The position numbers and the translations under genes are program-made. The notes below the pieces were generated by a model. The model had not been told where the DNA came from, made no database searches, and saw only the letters and a list, made by a program, of their open reading frames with translations. DNA of 64,000 nt from an uncultured Solirubrobacterales bacterium (lineage in GTDB: Bacteria; Actinomycetota; Thermoleophilia; Solirubrobacterales; 70-9): assembly GCA_963740555.1 (NCBI GenBank), contig CAVUES010000007.1:79310-143309 (forward strand), written 5' to 3'. This document shows positions 32,703 through 41,598 of this stretch, piece by piece. Position 1 is the stretch's first letter, and each line of letters opens with the position of its first letter.

Positions 32703-32766
32703 GGCCGCGACACAAAGTGTCGCGGCAGAGGCAAGTCAGGCGGCGAAGCCGCCGCAAGTAATTCCT
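32701..32766 (+). repeat. Double-hairpin intergenic repeat, copy A (archetype)
   Basis: GCCGCGACAC-AAA-GTGTCGCGGC, then AGAGGCAAGTCA, then GGCGGC-GAA-GCCGCC, then GCAAGTAATTC. It begins within the amidase stop codon context (TGAGGCCGCG). Confidence 0.85.
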
Positions 32767-32817
32767 GAGAGCGGACGGAAGCTCTATCGCCGAATGCGTA
32801 CGCCGACGTGCGGGTCG

Positions 32818-34104
32818 TCAGACGACCCTGCGCGGCGTGAAGACGCTGGCGAAGGCGCGGAACCCGCGCAGCGACCCGCGGGGTCGCAGGCGCCGGCGCA
32901 TGATCGCCCGCCACGGATTCTCCCCGCGGATCGAGATCTCGATCCATTCCTGCCAGTCGGTCTCGAGGGTGAAGTCGGGGTGCGGCGCATCGCCGGGCTC
33001 GGCCCGGGTGCTTTCGTTCTCGACCACGATGTGCCAGGGGTCGGCGTCCTTAAAGCGCCACTGGAACACCCATGGGCGGCCGTTGAGCCCGCCGGTATAC
33101 GCCGAGCGGCCCATCGTCTCGAAGAGGATTCGCTGCGCCTCGGGACTGTGTTCGGCGGGGCCGTTCGGCTCGCCGAGGACGCCCGCCTTCATGAGCACGA
33201 TCTGGTTGCGCGCCCGCCCCTCGTGGCTCATCGACCGGTCGACCGGATAGATGTCGGGAGGCATCTCCTCGAGCGGGAAGCCCGCCGCCCGCCATTTGGC
33301 CTCGACCGAGCGCATCCCGAACGCGTAGATGTCCTCGAGCGTGAAGCCGTACTCGGTCGTGTAGCGCTCGTCCCAGCCCGGCGGGACGAAGACGGCGAGT
33401 GAGTAGGGCAGGACCTCGCGCAGCAACTCGATCACGGCCTGCTTGCACTCGTCCGACTCGGCGAACATCTCCGAGAGCGCCTTGACCCCGAAGCCGATGT
33501 GGCGCTGCTCGTCGCGCGAGACGTTGCCCATTCCCTCGCTGAAGCCCGGCATCGTCCCTTCCTTGACGAAGAAGTCCTCGATGAAATGCTGCCCGGGCTG
33601 GGCGAGGGTCGCCTCCACGACCATGTGGTAGAGCGCGATCGCCTGCGCGAACTTGGGCAGCGAGCGGTCGCGGCGCAGCTCGTCGGCCATCTGGTCGAGG
33701 CGACCGAAGACGCCGCGATAGCCCCAGCCGAGCTGCGGCAGCGTGTAGGCGAGAGTTGAGGAAACCGAGTCGCCGGCGCCGATCACGTCTCTGAAGAAGC
33801 GGTGGAAGAAGATCGCGTGGCGCGCCTCGTCGACCTGCTGGGTGGCGAGGAAGTACTTCTGCTCCTCCTTCGGGGCCGCGTCGATGTAGGGAGAGAGGTT
33901 GTCGGCGACCGAGTCCTCGCCGTAGAAGAACATCGAGTAGATCCACAACGCCGACTTGCGCTGGATCTCGCTCAGCGCCTCCCAGCCCCTGCGGTCCTCG
34001 CTGAAGTCGAGGTCGTAGGCCGACCAGTTCCCGTGCTCCCAGCGCTGGTAGAGGTCCTCGTAGGTGATGTCGACGGTGGCGCTTGTCTGGGCTGCTACTG
34101 ACAT
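32818..34104 (-). CDS. Ferritin-like diiron protein of the ribonucleotide reductase R2 / R2-like oxidase family, fused to a C-terminal SCP2-like lipid-binding domain
   Basis: Diiron ligand pattern GED...VDEARH...VVEATL...SRDEQRH. The C-terminal ~110 aa (VFQWRFKD..WHIVVEN..PDFTLETDWQEWIEISIRGENPWRAIMRRRLRPRGSLRGF) has an SCP2-type pattern. Confidence 0.7.
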   Translation of the reverse strand: MSVAAQTSATVDITYEDLYQRWEHGNWSAYDLDFSEDRRGWEALSEIQRKSALWIYSMFFYGEDSVADNLSPYIDAAPKEEQKYFLATQQVDEARHAIFFHRFFRDVIGAGDSVSSTLAYTLPQLGWGYRGVFGRLDQMADELRRDRSLPKFAQAIALYHMVVEATLAQPGQHFIEDFFVKEGTMPGFSEGMGNVSRDEQRHIGFGVKALSEMFAESDECKQAVIELLREVLPYSLAVFVPPGWDERYTTEYGFTLEDIYAFGMRSVEAKWRAAGFPLEEMPPDIYPVDRSMSHEGRARNQIVLMKAGVLGEPNGPAEHSPEAQRILFETMGRSAYTGGLNGRPWVFQWRFKDADPWHIVVENESTRAEPGDAPHPDFTLETDWQEWIEISIRGENPWRAIMRRRLRPRGSLRGFRAFASVFTPRRVV

Positions 34105-34154
34105 TGCAGGTCGACCTCCTCGGGGGTCGGAGCTCTCCGGGATGCTTAGAATAA

Positions 34155-34170
34155 CTGACTGTTGAGTCAG
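34155..34170. promoter_or_regulatory. Candidate TetR operator palindrome in the divergent promoter region
   Basis: CTGACT-GTTG-AGTCAG is a perfect 6-4-6 inverted repeat, 18 nt upstream of the TetR GTG start. It lies between the divergent diiron-SCP2 and TetR genes. Confidence 0.45.
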
Positions 34171-34187
34171 CTAGGCTAGGAACCAGC

Positions 34188-34862
34188 GTGAGTTCAGTCA
34201 CAGATACCAAGCCCACTCGCCGGCGGCGGATGTCCGCCGCGGATCGCCGCGAGGCGATCCTCGACGCGGCTCTCGACGAGTTCTCCCTCAACGGCTTCCA
34301 CGAGACATCCCTGGAGGGCGTCGCCGATCGGGCGGGGATCTCCAAGGCGCTGATCTACGAGCATTTCCCGTCCAAGCGCGACCTGCACGGGGCGCTGCTG
34401 GACCGTTACGTCCACCGGCTGCTCGAGGGAGTGATCGGGGCGATCGCCACCGCCGCCCCTCCCGAGGAGCGGCTGCGAGCCGGGGGCGACGCTTTCCTCT
34501 CCTTCGTCGAGGAGCATCGAGAGCCCTGGCGCCTGATGGTGCGCAATCCGGCCGATTCAGGCGTCGAGGTAACGGTCGGGCGAGTGCAGAGCGAGATCGG
34601 GCACGCAATCGCCGCTCTAATGCAGGCCGACGCGCCGCCGGAGTCCGAGCAGGACCCCGAGGACACCCACTTCGAGATCGAAATGCTCGCCCAGCAGCTT
34701 GTCGGCGCGCTGCGGGCGCTAGGCAACTGGTGGGACGATCATCGCGACGTCCCGCGGGACCGCCTGCTCGGCACCTACATGGACTTCGCCTGGGTCGGCC
34801 TCGACCGGCTCAGCCGGGGGGAGAACTGGGCAGAGAGCAGCGGCTCGAAGCGCCGGCGCTAG
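34188..34862 (+). CDS. TetR-family transcriptional regulator
   Basis: HTH region SLEGVADRAGISKALIYEHFPSKRDL. Divergent from the diiron-SCP2 gene. Its stop overlaps the fadD stop (CTAG). Confidence 0.9.
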   Translation: MSSVTDTKPTRRRRMSAADRREAILDAALDEFSLNGFHETSLEGVADRAGISKALIYEHFPSKRDLHGALLDRYVHRLLEGVIGAIATAAPPEERLRAGGDAFLSFVEEHREPWRLMVRNPADSGVEVTVGRVQSEIGHAIAALMQADAPPESEQDPEDTHFEIEMLAQQLVGALRALGNWWDDHRDVPRDRLLGTYMDFAWVGLDRLSRGENWAESSGSKRRR

Positions 34863-36352
34863 CTCGGCGGGCTGATCTCGCGTTTGAGGATCTTCCCGGT
34901 CGGGCCCTTGGGCAGCTCGTCGAGAAACCAGACTCGGCGTGGATATTTGTAGGCGGCGAGTTGCGACTTGACGTGCTGCTGAAGGTCCTCGGCTGAGGCG
35001 TCGGCCTCGGGGCGCAGCACCACAGCAGCGCAGACCTCCTCACCCATCTCCTCGTCCGGGGTGCCGACAACAGCGGCCTCGAGCACCGCCGGATGCTCGT
35101 ACAGCACCTCCTCGACCTCGCGCGGGAAGACGTTGTAGCCCCCGCGGATGATCAGGTCCTTCTTGCGGTCGACGATGTAGAAGTAGCCGTCCTCGTCGGT
35201 GCGCCCGATGTCGCCGCTGTGAAACCAGCCGTTGCGCATCGCCTCCGCCGTGGCGTCGGGGCGCTTCCAGTAGCCCTTCATGATGTTGTGGCCGCGGATC
35301 ACGACCTCGCCGGGTTCCCCGGGCGGCAGCGGATTGTCGTCCTCGTCGACGATCTGCATCTCAATCCCGCGGACCGGCTGTCCGATCGAGCCCGGCTTGC
35401 GCTCGCGGTCGGGGTGGTTGGAGCAGGCGACCGGGGAGGTCTCCGAGAGCCCGTAGCCCTCGAGGATCTTGCAGCCGAACGCCTGCTCGAATCCGCGCAT
35501 CACCTCGACCGGCATCGCCGCCCCGCCGGTCATGCAGTTGTCGAGCGAGGAAAGGTCGAAGTCGTCGCGCCCCGGGTGGTGGAGCATCGCCCCATACATC
35601 GTCGGAACGCCCTGAAAGACGGTGACCCGCTCGCGCTGCATCGTCTCCAGCGCAGCGCCGGGTTCGAAGCGGGGCAGCATCACGACACAGGCACCCTCGC
35701 GCAGCGAAGCGTTCAGCGTCGCGGTCTGACCGAAGGAGTGAAACTGGGGTAGCGCCCCGAGGACGATGTCCTCGGGCCCGACCTCGGTAAGCGTCTCCGC
35801 GACGATCTCGGCGTTCAGCGACAGATTGTGGTGGGTGAGCTCGGCCCCCTTCGGCTTGCCGGTCGTGCCCGACGTGTAGAGGATCACCGCGGTGTCGTCC
35901 TCCTCGGTGTCCGCAATGCCCGGCGTCGGCTCGAGTCCGGTGAGGATCTTCGAGAACGACTCCGGTTCGACCTCGACCACCTCCGTGCTGGCCGTCTCGG
36001 CGCCCGCCCGCGCCTCGTCGAGGAAGCCGTGCCATGCAAGCAGTAAGCGGGCACCGGAGTCCTCGAGGAAGAAACGGATCTCGCGCTGCTTGAGCAGCAC
36101 GTTCATCGGCACGACCACGCCCCCGGCCCTCAGGATGCCGTAGTAGGCGATCGGGAATTGGGGGACGTTGGGCAGCATGATCGCGACCCGGTCGCCCTGC
36201 TCCATCCCCCTGTCGCGCAGCATTGTCGCCAGGCGGGAGCAGGCGTCGCCGAGCTCGGCGTAGGTCAACTCGGCGTCGCCGAGTCGCAGCGCAGGGCGAT
36301 CCGGGTGCCGCTCTGCGCTGCGGGTGACTGTCTCGGCCAGGTTGAGGGTCAT
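34859..36352 (-). CDS. fadD: Long-chain fatty-acid--CoA ligase (AMP-binding family)
   Basis: AMP-binding motif ILYTSGTTGKPKGAELTHHN, plus GYGLSETS, GDIGRTDEDGYFYIVDRKKDLI and PKGPTGKILKRE. Confidence 0.9.
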   Translation of the reverse strand: MTLNLAETVTRSAERHPDRPALRLGDAELTYAELGDACSRLATMLRDRGMEQGDRVAIMLPNVPQFPIAYYGILRAGGVVVPMNVLLKQREIRFFLEDSGARLLLAWHGFLDEARAGAETASTEVVEVEPESFSKILTGLEPTPGIADTEEDDTAVILYTSGTTGKPKGAELTHHNLSLNAEIVAETLTEVGPEDIVLGALPQFHSFGQTATLNASLREGACVVMLPRFEPGAALETMQRERVTVFQGVPTMYGAMLHHPGRDDFDLSSLDNCMTGGAAMPVEVMRGFEQAFGCKILEGYGLSETSPVACSNHPDRERKPGSIGQPVRGIEMQIVDEDDNPLPPGEPGEVVIRGHNIMKGYWKRPDATAEAMRNGWFHSGDIGRTDEDGYFYIVDRKKDLIIRGGYNVFPREVEEVLYEHPAVLEAAVVGTPDEEMGEEVCAAVVLRPEADASAEDLQQHVKSQLAAYKYPRRVWFLDELPKGPTGKILKREISPPS

Positions 36353-36355
36353 CGG

Positions 36356-37693
36356 CTAGCCCAGCTTCGGGCTGGTCCAGGGCTGCTCGAGGCGCTCAGC
36401 GAGCTCCTCGGCGAGGCCTTCGATCGGCACGCGCGTCTGCTCGAGCGAGTCGCGGTCGCGCAGGGTGACCGTGTCGTCCTCCTTCGTCTGGCCGTCGACG
36501 GTGATTCCCCAGGGCGTTCCGATCTCGTCCTGGCGGCGGTAGCGCTTGCCGATCGAGCCACCCTCGTCGTACTCGGCCGGCACCCGGCGGCGGATCGCCT
36601 CGAATACCGCGCGCGCCTTCTCCGGCATTCCTTCCTTGGAGACCAGCGGCAGCACCGCCGCCTTCACCGGGGCCATGCGCGGGTGCAGGCGCAGGACGGT
36701 CCTCTCCCGTCCCTCGACCTCCTCGACGTCGTAGGCGTCGACGATGAAGGCGAGCATCGCCCGGTCGACGCCGGCCGCCGGCTCGATCACGTGCGGGACG
36801 TAGCGCTCCTTCGTCTCCTGGTCGAAGTACTCGAGCTTCTCGCCGGAGAACTCGGCGTGCTGGCGGAGGTCGAAGTCGCCGCGGTTGGCGATTCCCTCCA
36901 GCTCCGACCAGCCCATCGGGAAGAGGTACTCGATGTCGGAGGTGGCGCTGGAGTAGTGCGAGAGCTCGTCGGACCCGTGAGCGCGCAGCCGCAGGTGGTC
37001 GGGACGGATCCCGAACTCGGTGTACCAGCGCATCCGCTCCTCCATCCAATGCTGGTGCCACTTCTCCGCCTCGTCGGGCGGCACGAAGAACTCCATTTCC
37101 ATCTGCTCGAACTCGCGGGTTCGAAAGACGAAGTTGCCGGTCGTGATCTCGTTGCGAAACGACTTGCCGATCTGGGCGATCCCGAAGGGCGGCTTGCGGC
37201 GCGAGAACTGGAGCACGTTCTTGAAGTTGACGAAGATTCCCTGCGCGGTCTCGGGTCGCAGGTAGGCGACCGACGCGTCGTCGACCACGGGTCCGACATG
37301 GGTCTCGAACATGAGGTTGAACTGGCGCGCCTCGGTGAGGTCGCACTGGTCGGTCTCGCCGGGGTGCTTGGAGGGCTTCTTTCCACAGGCCGCGTCCTCC
37401 AGCATGTCGGCGCGAAAGCGCTGCTTGCAGGTGCGGCAGTCGACCAGCGGGTCGGTGAATCCCTCCAGGTGCCCCGAGGCCTCCCAGGTGCGGGGGTGCT
37501 GGAGGATCGCCGAGTCCAGGGCGACGATGTCGTCGCGCTCGCTGATCATCGCCCGCCACCACTCGCCCTTGACGTTGTTGCGCAGCAGGACGCCGTAGTG
37601 GCCGTAGTCGTAGGTCGAGCCCAGGCCGCCGTAGATCTCCGAGGTGGGAAAGGCGAAGCCGCGGCGCTTGCAGAGCGCCACGATTTCGTCCAT
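36356..37693 (-). CDS. glyQS: Glycine--tRNA ligase (alpha2 dimeric type)
   Basis: MDEIVALCKRRGFAFPTSEIYGGLGSTYDYGHYG, class II motifs and an anticodon-binding C-terminus. The start could lie up to 31 codons upstream (37786). Confidence 0.9.
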   Translation of the reverse strand: MDEIVALCKRRGFAFPTSEIYGGLGSTYDYGHYGVLLRNNVKGEWWRAMISERDDIVALDSAILQHPRTWEASGHLEGFTDPLVDCRTCKQRFRADMLEDAACGKKPSKHPGETDQCDLTEARQFNLMFETHVGPVVDDASVAYLRPETAQGIFVNFKNVLQFSRRKPPFGIAQIGKSFRNEITTGNFVFRTREFEQMEMEFFVPPDEAEKWHQHWMEERMRWYTEFGIRPDHLRLRAHGSDELSHYSSATSDIEYLFPMGWSELEGIANRGDFDLRQHAEFSGEKLEYFDQETKERYVPHVIEPAAGVDRAMLAFIVDAYDVEEVEGRERTVLRLHPRMAPVKAAVLPLVSKEGMPEKARAVFEAIRRRVPAEYDEGGSIGKRYRRQDEIGTPWGITVDGQTKEDDTVTLRDRDSLEQTRVPIEGLAEELAERLEQPWTSPKLG

Positions 37694-37754
37694 CGAGACC
37701 TCGTCGTTGCGGGCTTGCTCAGCGGCCTCCACGCCGGAACCGTATCGTCGGGAA

Positions 37755-37842
37755 CTATTGCGGCGGCTTCGCCGCCTGACAGACACCTGCGGCCGCTCCG
37801 CGGCCTGACATGCACCTGCGGCGACACTTTGCGTCGCCGCCC
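37755..37842 (-). repeat. Double-hairpin repeat, copy D (composite: hairpin-2 module duplicated)
   Basis: The plus strand reads GCGGCGGCTTCGCCGCCTGAC-AGACACCTGC-GGCCGCTCCGCGGCCTGAC-ATGCACCTGC-GGCGACACTTTGCGTCGCC. It lies in the divergent glyQS/fmdB-like gap. Confidence 0.8.
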
Positions 37843-37939
37843 ATCCTCACTGTGCCGCTGCATAGCCGCGGCACGCACCCCGGCACTCCGCAAGCCAGAG
37901 TGCCAGGACCGTGAGAGTGGCTGCGATAATCGCCCCACC

Positions 37940-38221
37940 TTGCCGATCTACGAGTACAAGTGCGCCAACGGGCATGTCTTCGAGACCGTGCAGAGCATGT
38001 CCGACGATCCGGTCACCAAGTGCGAGGTCTGCGGTGCGCCGGTGGAGCGCGTCTTTTACCCGGTCGCGGTCCACTTCAAGGGCTCGGGCTTCTACACGAC
38101 CGATTACGGCTCGAAGAAAAAGGGGAGCCAGGACGGCGGGGGTAAGGAGGCCGAGAAGCCCTCGGAGAAGAAGAAGGAGTCCAAGAGCAAGAGCGAGGCC
38201 AAGGCGGAGTCGAGTTCCTAA
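37940..38221 (+). CDS. FmdB-family zinc-ribbon protein with a Lys/Ser/Glu-rich tail
   Basis: (M)PIYEYKCANGHVFE...CEVCGAPVERV is the canonical FmdB CxxC..CxxC ribbon. TTG start at 37940. Confidence 0.8.
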   Translation: MPIYEYKCANGHVFETVQSMSDDPVTKCEVCGAPVERVFYPVAVHFKGSGFYTTDYGSKKKGSQDGGGKEAEKPSEKKKESKSKSEAKAESSS

Positions 38222-39525
38222 CCCTCCAGCTGTTTCACGGCCCGCTGGCGCTCGGATTCGGGCACCTCGGTGCTGCCCAGGGGACCGGGACCGCACGGGG
38301 TCGGCACCCGCGTACAGAGGACGTTGGTGCTCGAGCCCCCGATCACCGAGGAGAGGATCAGCTGCGGCATCGTGAAGAAGCCCATGTCGCTGACGAACGC
38401 CCGCGGCGCGTCCCAGCCGATGATCGGGCCGTGGATGAAGTTGTAGGGCAGCCGCAGCGGGCTGGTCAACCGGCCCTTGATCCCGTTGATCACGGACTGC
38501 TGGGCCTTTGCCCGGTCGAGGTCGTCGTATCCAGTCGCGAAGGCGCTCTTCCCCCGCCCTGGGCAGGGACTGGGTTTGCGGATCCGCGCGTAGGCCAGCG
38601 CCTGCTGGCCGTTCAGCGTGTTGTCGCCCTTGCCGAGGTGCAGGGTGATGCCCCCCTGACCACCCCCGGCGCCGCCTGAGATGTCGGCGCAGAGCTTTTG
38701 CGGGACGTTGACCTTCACCCCGCCGATCGCGTCGATGAAGTCCTGAAAGCCGGTGAAGTCGATGATCACGACGTGGTCGATCTTGATGCCGAGGAACTTC
38801 TCCACCGTCTGGATCTGCAGCTTCGCTCCGCCGAACGCATAGGCGGCGTTGATCTTCTGCGGCTCGTGGCCAGGGATCTCGGAGAAGCTGTCGCGCGGGA
38901 TCGAGAGCTTGCGGAAGTGGCCGCCCCCGGCCCGAACCAGCATCAGGGTGTCGGCTCGAAACTGGCCCTGGGAGCAGCCGCCGTGGGGCGAGTCGCCGTG
39001 GGCCTGCTGATCGAAGCAAGATTGCGAGGGGGCCGCCCCGGGCTCCTTGGTGTCCGGTGGGCGGGCGTCGGTGCCGATCATCAGGATCGTCTGCGGGCTG
39101 ACGAGCAGCAACGGGTTTCCGTGCAGGACGCTCTTCGCTCCGCCGGAGAGCTTCCACTCCTGAAGCTGGGCGGAGACCGCGAAGGCAAGGAAGCTGATCA
39201 GCACCCAGACCGCGGCCGCGATGCCCACCCACTTCAGCGCCCGGCGGGCGAGCGGCTTCGGCGCCGTCGGTTCTTGGTCCTCGGCCTTCGGGCCGCCCCG
39301 GCCCAGGCGCCGGTATGAGCGGCGGGCGCGCTGGCGCAGGCTGGAGACGTCGGGCGATCGCAGGCGGGACAAGAGCCCTTTGCGCGAGCGGTAGACGGTG
39401 TACTCGGGAGGGCCGGAGCGCTTCGGATCGGGGCGCCCAGGGGGCTTCGACGACCCCTGCCCGGGCCGCCCGGAGGGTCGTTGATCGTCCTTATCGGGGG
39501 GCTGCTGCTCGCCGTCGGAAGGCAT
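38218..39525 (-). CDS. LCP (LytR-CpsA-Psr) family cell-envelope phosphotransferase
   Basis: Basic N-terminus, one TM helix, then ILMIGTDAR...RADTLMLVR...LSIPRDS...KINAAYAFGG...IDFTGFQDFIDAIGGV. Confidence 0.85.
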   Translation of the reverse strand: MPSDGEQQPPDKDDQRPSGRPGQGSSKPPGRPDPKRSGPPEYTVYRSRKGLLSRLRSPDVSSLRQRARRSYRRLGRGGPKAEDQEPTAPKPLARRALKWVGIAAAVWVLISFLAFAVSAQLQEWKLSGGAKSVLHGNPLLLVSPQTILMIGTDARPPDTKEPGAAPSQSCFDQQAHGDSPHGGCSQGQFRADTLMLVRAGGGHFRKLSIPRDSFSEIPGHEPQKINAAYAFGGAKLQIQTVEKFLGIKIDHVVIIDFTGFQDFIDAIGGVKVNVPQKLCADISGGAGGGQGGITLHLGKGDNTLNGQQALAYARIRKPSPCPGRGKSAFATGYDDLDRAKAQQSVINGIKGRLTSPLRLPYNFIHGPIIGWDAPRAFVSDMGFFTMPQLILSSVIGGSSTNVLCTRVPTPCGPGPLGSTEVPESERQRAVKQLEG

Positions 39526-39662
39526 GAGCGGCTATCAATACTGCCGATGGCCGCTTCTTCCTGCCCCTCCCTCGTCGCCGCCGATCTGATAGGTGGTGGT
39601 GGCGTCGAGCAGAGCGGGCTTTGCCCGCGATTGCGAGGCGACTGGCTGATGGGTGTTTTGAA

Positions 39663-40625
39663 TTGAGCATCCCCGAGACCGTCGGCGTCGATCTGGGGGG
39701 AACGAAGGTGCTGGTCGGGGTGGTCGGCGAGGACCGAAAGGTGCTCTATGAAGACCAGGACAGATCGATGGGGCAGGGACAGGATGAGCTGCTCGAGACC
39801 CTGGAGCAGGAGGTTCGCCGGGCCATGGAGGCGCGCCCCAAGGTCGCCGCCGTGGGCCTTGGAATCCCCTGCACGATCGACCGCGAGCGGGGGGTCGCGA
39901 TCTCGGCGGTCAACCTGCCGATTCGCGACGTGCCGATTCGCGATCGCATGCAGGAACGGCTCGGTCTTCCGGTCTTCATCGATAACGACGCCAACGTCGC
40001 GGCTCTCGCCGAGCATCGATTCGGCGCCGCGAAGGGCACCCGCTACGCGGTGATGCTGACGATCGGCACCGGGATCGGCGGCGGCTTGATCATCGACGGG
40101 GAGGTCTACCGCGGAGCGAGCGGTGCGGCCAGCGAGCCGGGCCACATGGTCATCGACTTCGACGGGCCGCCCTGCCAGGGCAACTGCCCAAACCACGGCT
40201 GTCTCGAGACATTCGCCTCCGGGACGGCGCTGGCTCGGGAGGGCCGCGAGGCTGCCGAGCGCGAACCCGAATCCGCCCTCGGCAAGGCGCTCGCCGAGCA
40301 CGGAGAGATCGTCGGCAAGACGGTTACCGACGCCGCCAACGATGGCGATCCGACCGCGATCGCGGTGGTGGAGCAGGCGGGCCGCTGGCTGGGGGCTGGC
40401 TTGACGGGCCTGGCGAACATCTTCGAGCCCGAGGTGATCGTGATCGGCGGCGGCGTGGCGAAGGCGATCGGTGACCTGATGGTGGCTCCGGCCCGCGACG
40501 AGCTTCGCACCCGCGCCCTGCCTCCGATGAACGAGACGCCGGTCAAGCTCGCGGATCTGGGCCCCGAGGCCGGCATGGTCGGAGCCGCGGAGATGGCCCG
40601 GCTGGAGCTGGCGGCGGCAAGATGA
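39663..40625 (+). CDS. ROK-family sugar kinase (glucokinase-like)
   Basis: VGVDLGGTKV ATP-binding N-terminus, IDNDANVAALAE, and the ROK zinc motif GHMVID..PCQGNCPNHGCLE. Start TTG 39663 is tentative; the ORF opens at 39621. Confidence 0.8.
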   Translation: MSIPETVGVDLGGTKVLVGVVGEDRKVLYEDQDRSMGQGQDELLETLEQEVRRAMEARPKVAAVGLGIPCTIDRERGVAISAVNLPIRDVPIRDRMQERLGLPVFIDNDANVAALAEHRFGAAKGTRYAVMLTIGTGIGGGLIIDGEVYRGASGAASEPGHMVIDFDGPPCQGNCPNHGCLETFASGTALAREGREAAEREPESALGKALAEHGEIVGKTVTDAANDGDPTAIAVVEQAGRWLGAGLTGLANIFEPEVIVIGGGVAKAIGDLMVAPARDELRTRALPPMNETPVKLADLGPEAGMVGAAEMARLELAAAR

Positions 40626-40669
40626 CCAACTCCCTGGCGACGTGCGTGGTTAGAGGGTTGGTCATCTAA

Positions 40670-41497
40670 ATGGCCGGCAAGCTCGTCGTCTGCCCGACGC
40701 CGATCGGCAACATGGGTGACGTCACGCCGCGCGTTCGCGAGGCGCTCGTCGACGCCGACTACATCGCCTGCGAGGACACCCGCCGAACCGGCACCCTGCT
40801 CGACCGACTGGGGATCTCCCCGCCCCCTCCGCTGGTCTCCAACCACGAGGGCAATGAGGCTTCGCGCGCCCCCGAGCTTGCGCGGCGGATAGCGCGCGGC
40901 TCCAGGGTGGCGCTGGTCAGCGACGCTGGGATGCCGGCGATCTCCGATCCCGGCTACAGGTTGATTCGCACCTGCCTGGACCGTGACCTCGAGGTCGAGG
41001 TGCTGCCCGGGCCCTCGGTGGTGCCAGTCGCGCTTGTGGCCTCCGGCCTGCCGACCGATCGCTGGCGCTTCGAGGGCTTCCTGCCCAGGCGCGCGGGGGA
41101 GATGGAGCGGGTGCTGCGCTCGGCCGAGACCGTGATCGCATTCGAGTCGCCGCGCCGGATCTCCGAGTCGCTTGCGGCGCTGGCGGCAATCGCGCCGGAC
41201 CGCCCGGCCGCCGTCTGCCGCGAGCTCTCGAAGCTGCACGAGGAGGTGTCGCGGGGCTCGCTGGGTGAGCTGGCGCGTCGCTTTCGCAGCGACGTCAAGG
41301 GGGAGATCGTGCTCGTGATCGCACCCGCCCTCGACGACGATCATGCCGAGGACATCAGCTTCGCCGTCGACGCGCTGCGCCACCTGGTCCAGTCCGGGGC
41401 CCGGCCCCGGGCCGCGGCCAGCGTCGTCGCGGCGCTGACCGGCACACGCGCCAACGACCTCTATCGCGCACTGACAGGAAGAGATCCCCGCCGGTAG
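40670..41497 (+). CDS. rsmI: 16S rRNA (cytidine1402-2'-O)-methyltransferase
   Basis: LVVCPTPIGNMGDVTPRVREAL..ADYIACEDTRRTGTLL and SDAGMPAISDPG motifs. Confidence 0.9.
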   Translation: MAGKLVVCPTPIGNMGDVTPRVREALVDADYIACEDTRRTGTLLDRLGISPPPPLVSNHEGNEASRAPELARRIARGSRVALVSDAGMPAISDPGYRLIRTCLDRDLEVEVLPGPSVVPVALVASGLPTDRWRFEGFLPRRAGEMERVLRSAETVIAFESPRRISESLAALAAIAPDRPAAVCRELSKLHEEVSRGSLGELARRFRSDVKGEIVLVIAPALDDDHAEDISFAVDALRHLVQSGARPRAAASVVAALTGTRANDLYRALTGRDPRR

Positions 41498-41498
41498 C

Positions 41499-41549
41499 CG
41501 CCGAGGTCGAGTTTTTGCATGACATAGAGGGTTAACCTCGACCTCGGCG
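41499..41549. terminator. Perfect 13-bp-stem hairpin with a 25-nt AT-rich loop, right after the rsmI stop
   Basis: CGCCGAGGTCGAG (41499-41511) pairs with CTCGACCTCGGCG (41537-41549). The loop is TTTTTGCATGACATAGAGGGTTAAC. No U-tract on either strand. Confidence 0.4.
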
Positions 41550-41598
41550 TTGGGGGGGCGGGTTGTGTCGGTGGTGGCCGGGCGTTACGGTCATCTCG

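Noticed and set aside
36158-37939. 687-aa plus-strand ORF covering the glyQS region
   Set aside because: It is antisense to glycyl-tRNA synthetase. Only the last 93 codons (the FmdB zinc ribbon) look like a real protein. The same reasoning applies to other long antisense ORFs, including 5754-7172, 24197-26392, 41798-44494 (beyond 42289), 45316-47031, 57419-59866 and 60908-62542.
37694-37939. T-box leader upstream of glyQS (and of metG at 42290-42472)
   Set aside because: I could not find the conserved T-box sequence (AGGGTGGTACCGCG-like) or a specifier-loop architecture. The structured sequence is explained by the repeat family, which occurs in both orientations relative to the genes.
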